Below are positions 1 to 9,949 of a DNA stretch of 64,000 bases, in pieces; the stretch's first letter is position 1; the number at the start of each line of letters is the position of its first letter. Source of the stretch: an uncultured Acidobacteriota bacterium. Lineage in GTDB: Bacteria > Acidobacteriota > UBA6911. The stretch covers positions 448,001 to 512,000 of the forward strand of contig CAWJKZ010000014.1 of the NCBI GenBank assembly GCA_963843575.1, in the 5' to 3' direction. Under the pieces are notes generated by a model that did not search any database, was not told the DNA's origin, and saw only the letters and a program-made list of their open reading frames with translations. A program made the translations under genes and the position numbers.

Positions 1-73
1 AGTGCGAGATCCCCCCGGCCAGCGCCATCACCCCCAGACACATCGCGGCAACCGCTGCAGTCTTCATGCGCAT
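1..73 (-). CDS. 5' end of a secreted protein (partial, runs off the window)
   Basis: Manual translation MRMKTAAVAAMCLGVMALAGGISH, signal-peptide-like; co-directional with bshB1. Confidence 0.55.
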   Translation of the reverse strand, partial: MRMKTAAVAAMCLGVMALAGGISH

Positions 74-127
74 GATCTTCCGGCTCAACAGTTCAGACGA
101 AGCCCGCACTGTTTATAACGGCACTAT

Positions 128-856
128 TTAACGAAATCGTACGTAACTCTGGCTGCGGAAGAAATCGACCGGGTCGGAGATGCCGAGGACGCCTCGCATA
201 TGGAATCCTTCGGCCTTCGCCTTGCCGATCAGGGTGCCGTAAAACGAGTGGATGTTCTCGATGTGGGCCAGGAAATCGGGCTGGCTCAGGTACGTCGAGG
301 GTTCCCGGCTTGCAGGGTCGAACAACTGGGAGCGATACGCCTGGATGGCGGAGAGACGGCGCCCGGCGAATTCGGTGACGTCGACGACAAAAGTCGGAGT
401 CTCATGCACCGGGACCATGAAATACAGGAGCGTGCCTGGACGGAAACGCTCCTGACCCGTGTCGATCCGGGACAGGCCGGCGTGGTGCGCCGCCTCCGAA
501 ACCAACCGGCTCGCGGCGACATGGTCAGGGTGCCGGTCGTCCCAATGGTGGGCAAGCACCAGCGGAGGCCGGTACTTGCGCAGGATCCGGATTACTTTCA
601 AGCGGTTCGCCGCCGTCGCCGTCAGTCGGCCGTCGGGCAGGTTCAGGTTTTCCCGGACTTTGACGCCGAGGATTTGCGCCGCCGCACGAGCCTCGCGGGC
701 GCGGACCGCCGGAGTGCCGCGCGTGCCCATTTCGCCGCGGGTCAAATCCACTATCCCCGCAGCGTAGCCCAAAGCGGCCATCTTGGCCAAAGTCCCGCCG
801 GCGAAGAGCTCAACATCGTCGGGGTGCGCACCGAAGGCAAGCACATCGAGTTGCAT
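128..856 (-). CDS. bshB1: Bacillithiol biosynthesis deacetylase BshB1 (PIG-L family)
   Basis: AHPDDVE, DLTRGEMGTRG and DRHPDH motifs; adjacent to bshC-like gene. Confidence 0.9.
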   Translation of the reverse strand: MQLDVLAFGAHPDDVELFAGGTLAKMAALGYAAGIVDLTRGEMGTRGTPAVRAREARAAAQILGVKVRENLNLPDGRLTATAANRLKVIRILRKYRPPLVLAHHWDDRHPDHVAASRLVSEAAHHAGLSRIDTGQERFRPGTLLYFMVPVHETPTFVVDVTEFAGRRLSAIQAYRSQLFDPASREPSTYLSQPDFLAHIENIHSFYGTLIGKAKAEGFHMRGVLGISDPVDFFRSQSYVRFR

Positions 857-858
857 CG

Positions 859-2259
859 TCAGTCCAGGAAAATGATCTGATGTTGGAAGTCCCACACGTC
901 CGTCTTGCGCAACACCTCGTCAAGCAGCGCGCTGGAATAGCGCAGTACAAAATGAATCGCGCAGATCCGGCTCTCCTGTCGCCGCCCTTCTGGTGCAAGC
1001 GAGTCGCACAGCCGCGAGAGCTGCCGGCCAGCCGCCTCGCGCCTGAGCGCGAGCGAGGAGGCATAGTGCTCCCTGAGCTTCGCCACCTGGTATTGCATAC
1101 GGGAACGGGAGTCGGAAACCACTTCCGCCAGCGGGTCGCCCGCAGGGACGAAATGAGTCAGCGCCTCGACGCGTGCGTCGATCTCCCGGAGGAGGACATC
1201 GAATCGGCCAATCGTCTCCTCGCCCCGGGATCCCCGATCCAGCTTCGCCAGAAGCTCTTCCTGCCCGGCAAACAAATCCGGAAGCTCCAGGCTATACTTG
1301 CCGAGCGTCTTCCGGTTCCGCGCATCCAGGAGTGTCGCGCTCAGCGCCGGCCAGACCGGGGGTTCGTCGATCCCCAGCAAACCAGAAAGCGGGAGCAGCT
1401 CCGCCGTGCGGCAGACATCCGGGCCCGAGACGACTTGAGCGGCGACGGGGAGCAGCGCGTTCATCACAAGGAGATCGGGGACAGCCGCAGCCTGTCGCTC
1501 CTCTGCGGCGCAGGCGCCGTAACCGCTTTCCGAGAGCCGGCGCCGGGCCGCCGAGATATGCGCCTCGATGGCAACGGGATCCAGCGTCTGCAGGGGACCC
1601 GGCCACCCCCCAGTCCACCCGACAAGGCCTTCTCCGTCGATCACCACAAGGCCACGGTCCCCAAGGAGCGAGGAGAGGAACAGGCCGGTGGCCCGCCCGG
1701 GGCCTCCTTGGCCGCTGCCGGCTCGCCGTGCATCAACTAAATGCGTGTTTTGTAGTAATTCTCCATAGATATGTATTAGTTCATCAAGTAATACTTCAGT
1801 CTGTCCGTTAGATTTCGGGTGAACGATGCGGCCGTTCCCGTCCAGCAGCCGAAGATCGGTTTCGACGGGTGCCGACGGCGAAAGCCAGGCAAGCGGCACG
1901 GCCGGATGTCCCTCGGATTGGAGTATTTCGGCCAGTTTGAGTGTGGAAAGACACTGCAAGAGCCGGGATAGGCTCCCGCCCAGCACCGCCGGAGGGACGG
2001 GGGAGACGACCGCCACTGTCCCGGGAAGCGCCAGGCGCCGGATGTTGTCCTGCGCGGCGGACGATGGGTTCAGGCCGGCCGTCATCCGGTCCAGGAACGG
2101 GTCGAGCTCAGGGCGAGGGTGTTTTCGTGCCAGATCCGAGACACGCCGCATCAGCGAATCGCGGCCGGGTTTCCACGCAAACACTCCGCGAGCCGCGTCG
2201 GTTTGGTCGACAAAATCGAGGTAGAGCGCCGGGAAATCGGGAAGGTCGCGCAGTCTCAA
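859..2259 (-). CDS. bshC: Divergent BshC-like bacillithiol biosynthesis protein
   Basis: LYLDF N-terminus, C-terminal coiled coil, L.PEGRRQES.I, HQIIFL end; conserved motifs degenerate. Confidence 0.7.
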   Translation of the reverse strand: MRLRDLPDFPALYLDFVDQTDAARGVFAWKPGRDSLMRRVSDLARKHPRPELDPFLDRMTAGLNPSSAAQDNIRRLALPGTVAVVSPVPPAVLGGSLSRLLQCLSTLKLAEILQSEGHPAVPLAWLSPSAPVETDLRLLDGNGRIVHPKSNGQTEVLLDELIHIYGELLQNTHLVDARRAGSGQGGPGRATGLFLSSLLGDRGLVVIDGEGLVGWTGGWPGPLQTLDPVAIEAHISAARRRLSESGYGACAAEERQAAAVPDLLVMNALLPVAAQVVSGPDVCRTAELLPLSGLLGIDEPPVWPALSATLLDARNRKTLGKYSLELPDLFAGQEELLAKLDRGSRGEETIGRFDVLLREIDARVEALTHFVPAGDPLAEVVSDSRSRMQYQVAKLREHYASSLALRREAAGRQLSRLCDSLAPEGRRQESRICAIHFVLRYSSALLDEVLRKTDVWDFQHQIIFLD

Positions 2260-3173
2260 GGGCTTATGCGTGAGTGGCGGCGCCGGTCAATCCCCGCCGC
2301 CCGGAATGTCGAGTTCAACGAAGCCTGCTGCTGCGCAGAGAGGGGCAGCAGCGGAAGCCGCGGCCTGCCGCCGAAGTAGCCCATCAGGTCCATCGCGGCC
2401 TTCAAGCCGGGGACGCCGAAGGACGTCGTGACAGCCGCGGCCGGGGGCGACAGCCTTTCCTGGACGGCGGCAGCCCTCTTCCAGTCGCCATCCCGAAACG
2501 TCTCGTAAAGCTCGACGGTCAACTCGGGCAAGGCGCAGGCTACGGCGACTATGCCCCCCGAAGCGCCCTGGACAAGACTGGGCAGCAGAGTCGGGGCCGA
2601 CCCGACGAGAACGTGGAAATCCTTACGCGTGTTTCGCCGGATATCCGCCTGCAGCGCCAGGTTCGCCGAGCTCTCCTTGATGCCGGCGATGTTCTCGTGA
2701 GCCGCCAGCCGCTCGATCAGCGTCAGGCTGGTATTTACCCCGGTAAACTGGGGAACGTTGTACACGAGGATAGGGATCGGGGATTCGTCCGCGATGGTCC
2801 AGTAGTGGGCAAACAGTGCGTCGTCCGTCATCCGCACCTTGAAATAACAGGGCGTGCCAATGAGGGCGAAGTCGGCGCCCAGGTCGGCCAGGCGCTTTAC
2901 GAAGGCCACGCACAATCGTGTCGATTCGCGGCCGGCCCCCGCGATGAGCGTTTTATCCGACGCGACCTGCGCGCGGGCCTCCTTGACGAGCACGATCTTC
3001 TCATCATCCGAGAGGTAGGCGCTTTCGCCGTTTGAGCCGAGCACGGTAATCCCGGCCAGCCCGCACCCGGCCCACCTCCTGAGGTTTTCCCGGAATCGGT
3101 CGGGGAGCAGTTCACCCTCGGGGTCAAACGGCGTCGTGACCGGGGGAAACACGCCGCACAGGTTTTTGCTCAT
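2256..3173 (-). CDS. Dihydrodipicolinate synthase family aldolase (DapA/HOGA-like)
   Basis: GSNGE, YNVPQFTG, GIKESS Schiff-base lysine. Confidence 0.88.
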   Translation of the reverse strand: MSKNLCGVFPPVTTPFDPEGELLPDRFRENLRRWAGCGLAGITVLGSNGESAYLSDDEKIVLVKEARAQVASDKTLIAGAGRESTRLCVAFVKRLADLGADFALIGTPCYFKVRMTDDALFAHYWTIADESPIPILVYNVPQFTGVNTSLTLIERLAAHENIAGIKESSANLALQADIRRNTRKDFHVLVGSAPTLLPSLVQGASGGIVAVACALPELTVELYETFRDGDWKRAAAVQERLSPPAAAVTTSFGVPGLKAAMDLMGYFGGRPRLPLLPLSAQQQASLNSTFRAAGIDRRRHSRISP

Positions 3174-3679
3174 CCTCGTTTCCTCCCGCCGGGGCGTCGA
3201 CGGGCAGCAGGGCGCCCGGTTCCCGCGGCGGCCCCGGCCCCGCCGGGCCTCACCTCGATGGAGCGCAAGTCCCCCCCGCGATCCGAAATCGCGACGACGG
3301 TCGCCGGTTGAACCGGGGAATTCAGCCGTTCGCTCCACTCGACGACGGTGACCCCGACGGTGCCCATGAATTCCTCGAGTCCTATGGAGTAGATATCGCG
3401 GCTCCCGTCGAGGCGGTAGAGGTCGACATGATAGACCGGGCAGCGACCCTGGTAAACATTGACCAGTGTGAACGACGGGCTCGTCACCACCGAAGGGTCG
3501 GCGACCCCCAAACCTTCGGCAAACCCGCGGGCCAGGGTGGTCTTGCCCGCGCCGAGCGACCCGCGCAACAATACCACACTCGGGACCCGCAGCGATGCGG
3601 CCAAGCGGCGTCCAAGCGCCTGGGTCTCCTCGGCGGAACGGGTGAGGTAGGTGGTGCGTCCGGCGCTGCGTTCAGGCAC
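3170..3679 (-). CDS. tsaE: tRNA threonylcarbamoyladenosine biosynthesis ATPase TsaE
   Basis: GSLGAGKT, SPSFTL, HVDLYRL, VEWSE. Confidence 0.95.
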   Translation of the reverse strand: MPERSAGRTTYLTRSAEETQALGRRLAASLRVPSVVLLRGSLGAGKTTLARGFAEGLGVADPSVVTSPSFTLVNVYQGRCPVYHVDLYRLDGSRDIYSIGLEEFMGTVGVTVVEWSERLNSPVQPATVVAISDRGGDLRSIEVRPGGAGAAAGTGRPAARRRPGGRKRG

Positions 3680-5259
3680 GCCCCGCCCTCCTGAACGCCC
3701 CGGGCAGAAAGGGCAGCAGGTCCGTCGCTATGAGCGAGTCCATTCCCTTTTCCTCCGCCGCGAGGTCGCCGGCGAGCCCGTGGATGTAAACGGCAGAGGC
3801 AACGTGGTCCCCGAGCGCCTCGCGGTCGCCCGCCCGGTCCAGGCGTCTCCAGAGTGCGACAAACCGGCCGACGATCCCGGCGAGAATGTCCCCCGACCCG
3901 CCGGTCGCCATTCCGGGATTGCCGCTACTATTTATGTATACCGACTCCTCCGGCGTGGCCGTGACCGTCTGGAAGCCTTTAAGTACGGTGATGCACCCGT
4001 GATGTCCCGCGAAATCGCGGGCCGTGCTCAGCCTGTCGGACTGGACTTGTGCGATGGCTTGACCGGTGAGCCGGCCCATCTCCCCGGGGTGAGGCGTGAT
4101 GACGAGAGGCTGGCCGTTGCAGTTGCGCAGTTGCTCGGGAATGCCCGCGAATGCGTTCAGACCGTCGGCGTCCAGCACCACCGGTACGCTCGAGCGCTGA
4201 ACCAGTTCGACCGCAAACTCCCGGGTTTCCGAACCGGTCGTCAGGCCGGGACCCACGACGAGCGCATCCGACTGCCCGAGGGCCGCGAGTATGGGATCTA
4301 GTCCCGCCAGCGAGAAAGCCCCCTCCGCCGTCTCGGGTGCGGCTTCGATCATGAGTTCCGGGACTCGGCCGGCGAGGTCGGCCTGCACGCTCCTTGGGAC
4401 ATACAGCGAAGCCAGGCCCGCACCGGCCCTGAGGGCTGCCAACCCGGCCATCACGGCCGCCCCGCTCTTCCCCCGGGATCCCGCGACCACGAAAACGTGC
4501 CCGAAGGTGCCTTTGTGCGAGTTTCTTGGACGCGGGCGCACCGACACCAGACACGATTGACGGATCGGTGAGGATCAGGCGGTGCTCCGGCGCTTCCACG
4601 AGGGCCGCCGGGGAACCGATCGGCACCACCACCACTTTGCCCGCATTGTCAGAGGCGGGGGGCATCACGAGTCCCAGCTTGAGAGCCGAAAAGGTGACCG
4701 TCAGAGCCGCCCTGATTGCCGGACCGGGGACGGAGGGTGAATCGGCGAGCAAGCCCGAAGGCAGGTCGACGGCCGCAACGAAGGCTTCCGATTCCTCGTT
4801 TACCCAGTCGAGCACTCCCCCGAGATCCGGGCCGACCGGATGCGAGAGACCCGTACCGAAAACCGCGTCCACCACGACATCGAACCTGTGGGTCTTGCGC
4901 AGGTATTCCAGGGCTTCCGCCGGCTCGCCGAAAGCGCTGCTCCGCAGCCCGAGTGCGCGCGCGATCTCCCAGTTCTTGAGCGTATCCCCTTTCAGGCCTG
5001 AGGGGTCGCCCAGTAGCAGGATTTCGGGGCGTCCGCCCCGCATCTGCAGTTGCCGGGCGGCCACGAACCCGTCCCCGCCGTTGTTTCCCCGACCGCAAAG
5101 GACCAAGGTACGGGCGAACCTCCACCGGGGCACGGCCTTTTGCAGCTCGTCGACCACCGAACGACCCGCGTTTTCCATGAGCAGGAGCGAAGGGAGCCCG
5201 AAACGCTCGGTGCTGAGCCTGTCCACCTCGCCCATCTGACGTGCGGTGAGGATTTTCAT
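3672..5259 (-). CDS. nnr: Bifunctional NAD(P)H-hydrate epimerase/dehydratase, +1 frameshift near 4550
   Basis: LMENAG and GRGNNGGDG in ORF 3979-5259; SHKGTFG, LDADGLN, TPHPGEM, GGSGD in ORF 3672-4547. Confidence 0.9.
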
Positions 5260-5320
5260 ACGCGTTTCCAGGACCTCGCGGATGGCCGCGCCGTACCTGG
5301 TCCTAAGGCCTGAGGATTGA

Positions 5321-5350
5321 TTGACACCCGGGAGAGCATCGGCCTAGAAT
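5321..5350 (+). promoter_or_regulatory. Candidate sigma70 promoter for the M48 peptidase gene
   Basis: TTGACA-18 bp-TAGAAT in a divergent intergenic region. Confidence 0.55.
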
Positions 5351-5482
5351 GAAGTGAAACATTTGCCTCCCTCTGAGTATCTAAAGCGTTGGAACGGTAT
5401 GTGTGTTCGTGCTGGCAGCCTGGTTGCATGGTTTAGAATAGCGGGCCGCAGGGGATAAGACAACCGCTTCCACGGAGGTCGT

Positions 5483-6544
5483 ATGAAGTCAGCCGGAATC
5501 AGGGCGATTGCTGTTGCGGCGCTGATGCTCCTCAGCCTGTCTGTTCCCGTTTTTGCCGATCGCAAGCACGGCGATGTCGAGAACATCGGGAATCGGAACA
5601 TCAGCGGCAAAGTCTGGGGTATCCTGCCCAACTTTGTCTCTCTGGAAAAAGAAATAGCGATAGGGGCCCAGGTCGCCCAGCAGTTCGAGCAGACCGCCAG
5701 GTTGATCGAGGACCCGGTTATCGCCGACTACATCGATCGGGTGGGACAGAACATCGTAAAGCACTCGGACGCCAAGGTGCCCTTTCACATCAAGGTGGTC
5801 GACACGGACGAAGTGAACGCCTTCGCCTTCCCCGGCGGCTATTTCTACGTGAACAAGGGGCTTATCCTGGCAGCGGAGAACGAGTCCGAACTGGCCGGCG
5901 TCATGGCCCACGAGATCTCGCACGTTGCGGCGCGCCATGCGACCGAACGGTTGTCGAAGGCCCAGTACCTGCAGTTCGCGGCAATACCGGCGCTGTTCGT
6001 CGGCGGTTACTGGACCCAGATGGCGATCCAGAACGGCCTCGGGCTGGGTATCAACCTCGAGTTGCTCGGAATCACCCGCGATTCGGAACGCGAAGCCGAT
6101 CAGCTTGGCATCCAGTACCTCTGGAATTCGGGATATGACCCGAACGGCTTCGTCACTTTCTTTGAGAAGCTGCAGGAGCAGGAAAAGAGCAAGCCGGGAC
6201 GCCTCGCAGGCTTCTTCCGCACCCACCCGTACACAGAAACCCGCATTGCTGCATCCATGGACGAGCAGCGTTTCCTGCCCGAAAAGGACAACTACGTCGT
6301 CAACACGTCCGAGTTCGACAGGGTTAAGTCCCGGCTCCAGGCGATCGACAACTCTCAGCGCGCGGAGGGGGCGACAGCGACGACGGACCAGAAGCGGCCG
6401 ACACTGAAGCGCCGGACCAACACGGACGGTGGAGGCGGCTCCCAGGATCCCGCCGACCCTGACGAGGACGGTTCTGCCAAGAAGAGCAGGCCCACACTGA
6501 AGCGGCCGACCGACACCCAACCGGAACCGACGCCGCAGCCCTGA
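5483..6544 (+). CDS. Secreted M48 family zinc metallopeptidase (BepA-like)
   Basis: Signal peptide, VNAFAFPGG, AHEISH, EREAD, THP. Confidence 0.92.
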   Translation: MKSAGIRAIAVAALMLLSLSVPVFADRKHGDVENIGNRNISGKVWGILPNFVSLEKEIAIGAQVAQQFEQTARLIEDPVIADYIDRVGQNIVKHSDAKVPFHIKVVDTDEVNAFAFPGGYFYVNKGLILAAENESELAGVMAHEISHVAARHATERLSKAQYLQFAAIPALFVGGYWTQMAIQNGLGLGINLELLGITRDSEREADQLGIQYLWNSGYDPNGFVTFFEKLQEQEKSKPGRLAGFFRTHPYTETRIAASMDEQRFLPEKDNYVVNTSEFDRVKSRLQAIDNSQRAEGATATTDQKRPTLKRRTNTDGGGGSQDPADPDEDGSAKKSRPTLKRPTDTQPEPTPQP

Positions 6545-6580
6545 ACCAGGCTGCACTTGCACCCACCCCGGATTCCATGA

Positions 6581-6620
6581 GCCGGCACGCAGTTAACCGC
6601 GTGCCGGCCTCTTCGTTTTT
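6581..6620 (+). terminator. Intrinsic terminator
   Basis: GCCGGCACGC/GCGTGCCGGC stem followed by a T-rich tract. Confidence 0.65.
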
Positions 6621-6699
6621 GAAACATTTTGGTTCCCGCGCTCGTATTGGGTTGTGACACGTTCGATGTAAGACTGCGGCATTTTGAAGGAGCCTTGAC

Positions 6700-8451
6700 A
6701 TGATACTCGCAACCGCTTCCCGCCGGCGGGCGGCAGGCACGAAATTATTCTCGCTTTTGGGGATCCTGGCGCTAACCCTGACGCTCTGGACATTCGGGGC
6801 GCTCGGCCAGGAGCCACCCGCCGCGGCCAAACCGCAGCAGCCTGCGGTCGCAAAGGCGGACGAGCTACCGCTCCCGCTGAGCCCGATCGAGGTCGCCGAG
6901 AATAACGGGACGGCACTGCGCCTCTCCCTCCAGGACCTGACGAAGCTGGCGCTCCAGAACAACCTGGACATCGCGATCTCAGACACCAACGAGGAGCTGT
7001 ACCAGCAGAAGATCTTCCAGGCGTACGGCCCCTATGATCCTGCGATCACCGCAGGGTTGGGTGTCCAATCGAGCAAACGGGCGAACACCAACCTGAGCAC
7101 CAAGTCTGTCCAGGACAACTTCAACAAGAGCGACAACGCATTCTGGAACTTCGGGTTTACCCAGAACCTCCCCACCGGCGGCGGGATCACGGCGGAGTAC
7201 AACACCCAACGCAGCGACACCAACCAGCAGTTCGCGCTGTTTACGCCCCAGTACAACGCTTCTACCCGTGTGCAGTTCACGCAACCGCTGCGGCGCAACT
7301 TCCGCACCGACCAGATCCGGAGCAACATTAAGCTGGTCAACCTCGACGTCAAGACCAACGACAGCCAGTTCAAGCAGAAGGTGGTCGATACCGTAGCGAG
7401 AATCCAGTCCCTCTACTGGGATCTGGTCGGCACCATTCGGAACTATGAAATCAAACGCGAGTCTGTGAAGCTCGCCCAGATCACCCTGCAAAACAACCGC
7501 AAGAAGGTCGAAATCGGGACGCTCGCCCCCATCGGGATCACCGAGGCGCAGGCCGACATGGCCAGCCGCGAAGTGGAAATGATCGCCGCCGAGGAGCAGA
7601 TCAACAACGTCGAAAACAACCTCCGCGCACTCATCTCGAGCGACCGCAACGCCGAGATCTGGCGCCAGACCGTGGTTCCCTCAGAAACTCCGGATTTCAA
7701 GGAGTACAAGGTCAGTCTGGACACCGCCATCGACACGGCGTTGCAGAACCGTCCCGAACTCGAGCAGCTCGCGATCAAAATGCAGATGGCAGACATCACC
7801 TACAACCTCGATGCAAACCTGAAGAAATGGCAGTTCGACCTTGTTGCATCCTTCGGGTCTATGGGGGTCGCCGGGCCGCAGGCCACCATAGACCCGCTGA
7901 CCGGCAACCCAATCACCTGTCCCGGCGATTCCCGGTGCATTCCGAATAGCCTCGTCGGCGGCCCGGCGAACGCTTATAAGACCCTGTTCACCGGAGGGTT
8001 TACCAACTGGGCAGTGGGATTCAACGTGCAGATCCCACTCAAGAACCGGAGTCTCGAGGCCCAGCTGGCGCAGGTCAAGATTCAGAAGCGGCAATTGCTC
8101 ATGAACCGCAAGTCGGTCGAGCAGCAGGTCCAGGTCGACATACGCAACGCTGTCCAGAAGATCGAGACGAACAAGAAGCAGGTCGACACCGCCAGGGTCG
8201 CCCGCGAACTGGCCCGGGAACAGCTCGAGGGCGAAGAAAAGCGGTTCCAGGCCGGCTTGAGCGAGAACTTCCGCGTTCTCGACCGTCAGAGAGGGCTCTC
8301 AACCGCGCAGGGGGTCGAGCTTCAGGCGCTCATCGCCTACAAGAAATCGATCATCGAACTGCAGAAGGCCATGTACACCCTGCTGGAAGCGAACGACTTC
8401 CAGATCGCCAAGACGAGTTCCGACAGCGTCAGCGTGCCGGCGTTGAAGTGA
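6700..8451 (+). CDS. TolC-family outer membrane efflux protein
   Basis: Signal peptide, LSLQD..ALQNNLDI, ALQNRPEL, RFQAG helical repeats. Confidence 0.88.
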   Translation: MILATASRRRAAGTKLFSLLGILALTLTLWTFGALGQEPPAAAKPQQPAVAKADELPLPLSPIEVAENNGTALRLSLQDLTKLALQNNLDIAISDTNEELYQQKIFQAYGPYDPAITAGLGVQSSKRANTNLSTKSVQDNFNKSDNAFWNFGFTQNLPTGGGITAEYNTQRSDTNQQFALFTPQYNASTRVQFTQPLRRNFRTDQIRSNIKLVNLDVKTNDSQFKQKVVDTVARIQSLYWDLVGTIRNYEIKRESVKLAQITLQNNRKKVEIGTLAPIGITEAQADMASREVEMIAAEEQINNVENNLRALISSDRNAEIWRQTVVPSETPDFKEYKVSLDTAIDTALQNRPELEQLAIKMQMADITYNLDANLKKWQFDLVASFGSMGVAGPQATIDPLTGNPITCPGDSRCIPNSLVGGPANAYKTLFTGGFTNWAVGFNVQIPLKNRSLEAQLAQVKIQKRQLLMNRKSVEQQVQVDIRNAVQKIETNKKQVDTARVARELAREQLEGEEKRFQAGLSENFRVLDRQRGLSTAQGVELQALIAYKKSIIELQKAMYTLLEANDFQIAKTSSDSVSVPALK

Positions 8452-8475
8452 GAGGTCACGCTTGCAGGAAAGGAG

Positions 8476-8509
8476 GCCGCGCGGGTCTAGGATCCGCGCG
8501 GCTTTTTTT
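8476..8509 (+). terminator. Intrinsic terminator
   Basis: GCCGCGCGG/CCGCGCGGC stem plus T7. Confidence 0.85.
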
Positions 8510-8571
8510 GGCCGCGACGTGCGGCGTCAAATCCCCTTGCCCCAAATGCTGATTTTGCCTACAGTACCGGG

Positions 8572-9402
8572 ATGCTCGCGCTCGAGATCCTTTACCTGGT
8601 GTTCGGCCTGGTCGTCGGCAGTTTCCTGAACGTCTGCATCTATCGCATCCCGCGCCGCGAGTCTATCGTGTTTCCCGGATCCCGCTGCCCGCACTGCGGC
8701 ACCGGAATCCGTCCGTACGACAATGTCCCGGTGCTCGCTTACCTCTGGCTCCGAGGACGCTGCCGCGACTGCGGCGCCCCGATTTCCCCGCAGTACCCGG
8801 TTGTAGAACTCGTCACCGGCGCCTCGTTTCTCGGCTGCGCACTGAAATGGGAGTTCGCCGCCCCGACTTACGTCAATTCCCTGTTCCTGGCCGTAGTCAT
8901 CGTCCTGGCCTTGATCGACTACCACCATCGTCTGCTGCCCAACGTCATCACCCTTCCGGGATGGCTCACAGGCCTTGCGCTCTCCCCCTTCCAGGACCCG
9001 GCGTTTTTCGATGAGCCGCTCGCGCGCCTCGTCGCAACGATGATCTTCCCCCGGGCGACCGAGGCGGCGCTCTCATGGGCGGCCTCGCTTATCGGGGGCC
9101 TGGTCGGCGGCGGGCTCCTGCTCTCCGTCGCGCTGCTTTATGAAAAGGTGCGGCGCAGACAGGGACTCGGGATGGGCGACGTGAAGATGATGGGTATGGT
9201 CGGGGCGTTCCTCGGCTGGCGGCTCGTCCTGCTGACCATTTTTGCCGGGTCGGTACTGGGAAGCATCATCGGGGTGTTCGTCGTTATCTTTCGCGGCGGA
9301 AGCCTGCAGACCAAACTCTCCTTCGGCACCTTCCTCGCCCTTGGGGCGATCCTGGCCGTGTTCCTCGGCGTCGGTATTCTGGCCTGGTACACCCGCGTCT
9401 GA
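8572..9402 (+). CDS. pilD: Prepilin peptidase/N-methyltransferase
   Basis: GSFLNVCIYRIP, CPHC/CRDC zinc site, GMGDVK. Confidence 0.95.
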   Translation: MLALEILYLVFGLVVGSFLNVCIYRIPRRESIVFPGSRCPHCGTGIRPYDNVPVLAYLWLRGRCRDCGAPISPQYPVVELVTGASFLGCALKWEFAAPTYVNSLFLAVVIVLALIDYHHRLLPNVITLPGWLTGLALSPFQDPAFFDEPLARLVATMIFPRATEAALSWAASLIGGLVGGGLLLSVALLYEKVRRRQGLGMGDVKMMGMVGAFLGWRLVLLTIFAGSVLGSIIGVFVVIFRGGSLQTKLSFGTFLALGAILAVFLGVGILAWYTRV

Positions 9403-9511
9403 CGTCCGCACTGTTCTCTTACATCTTCCTGGACCCGCAGTCGGTGGGGCCTCGCTGCAAAAAACTTCGCCCGATCCGGCCGGCCGCCGTTAGACAGGTT
9501 GCGGGGACAGT

Positions 9512-9949
9512 ATGCGAGACCAGGAAGGGGTGACCGTCGTCGAGGCTTTGATCACGTTGCTGTGCAGCGCTGTCCTGTTGGGGATGGCGGTGCCGAACCT
9601 GCACAGGCTGCAGCAGCGGTGGGCGCTTTGGGGGGCGGCCCAGGTGCTCGACATGTCGCTGCAGTGGGGCCGCATGTACGCGGTTTCAGCCAATGCGCCC
9701 CTTCGTTTCGAGATCGACTCGGGAGGTCGGGGTTTTCATTGGTCCGACCCCGAATCCGGCGAGCGCTACGAAGCCACAGTACGTGTTCTCCCTCCGGGTG
9801 TTCGGATCACGGGATCTCCGAGCCAGCCGCTGCGGTTTTACCAGCGTGGCAACGCGGTGCCCGCCGGCACCTACGTGCTGACAGGATCCACGGGCTCGTA
9901 CCGGGTCATCGTGAATCCGGCGGGCCGGATTCGGGTGCAGCGGAATTGA
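9512..9949 (+). CDS. GspH/FimT-like minor pilin
   Basis: G|VTVVE class III signal, hydrophobic helix, C-terminal GRIRV. Confidence 0.8.
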   Translation: MRDQEGVTVVEALITLLCSAVLLGMAVPNLHRLQQRWALWGAAQVLDMSLQWGRMYAVSANAPLRFEIDSGGRGFHWSDPESGERYEATVRVLPPGVRITGSPSQPLRFYQRGNAVPAGTYVLTGSTGSYRVIVNPAGRIRVQRN

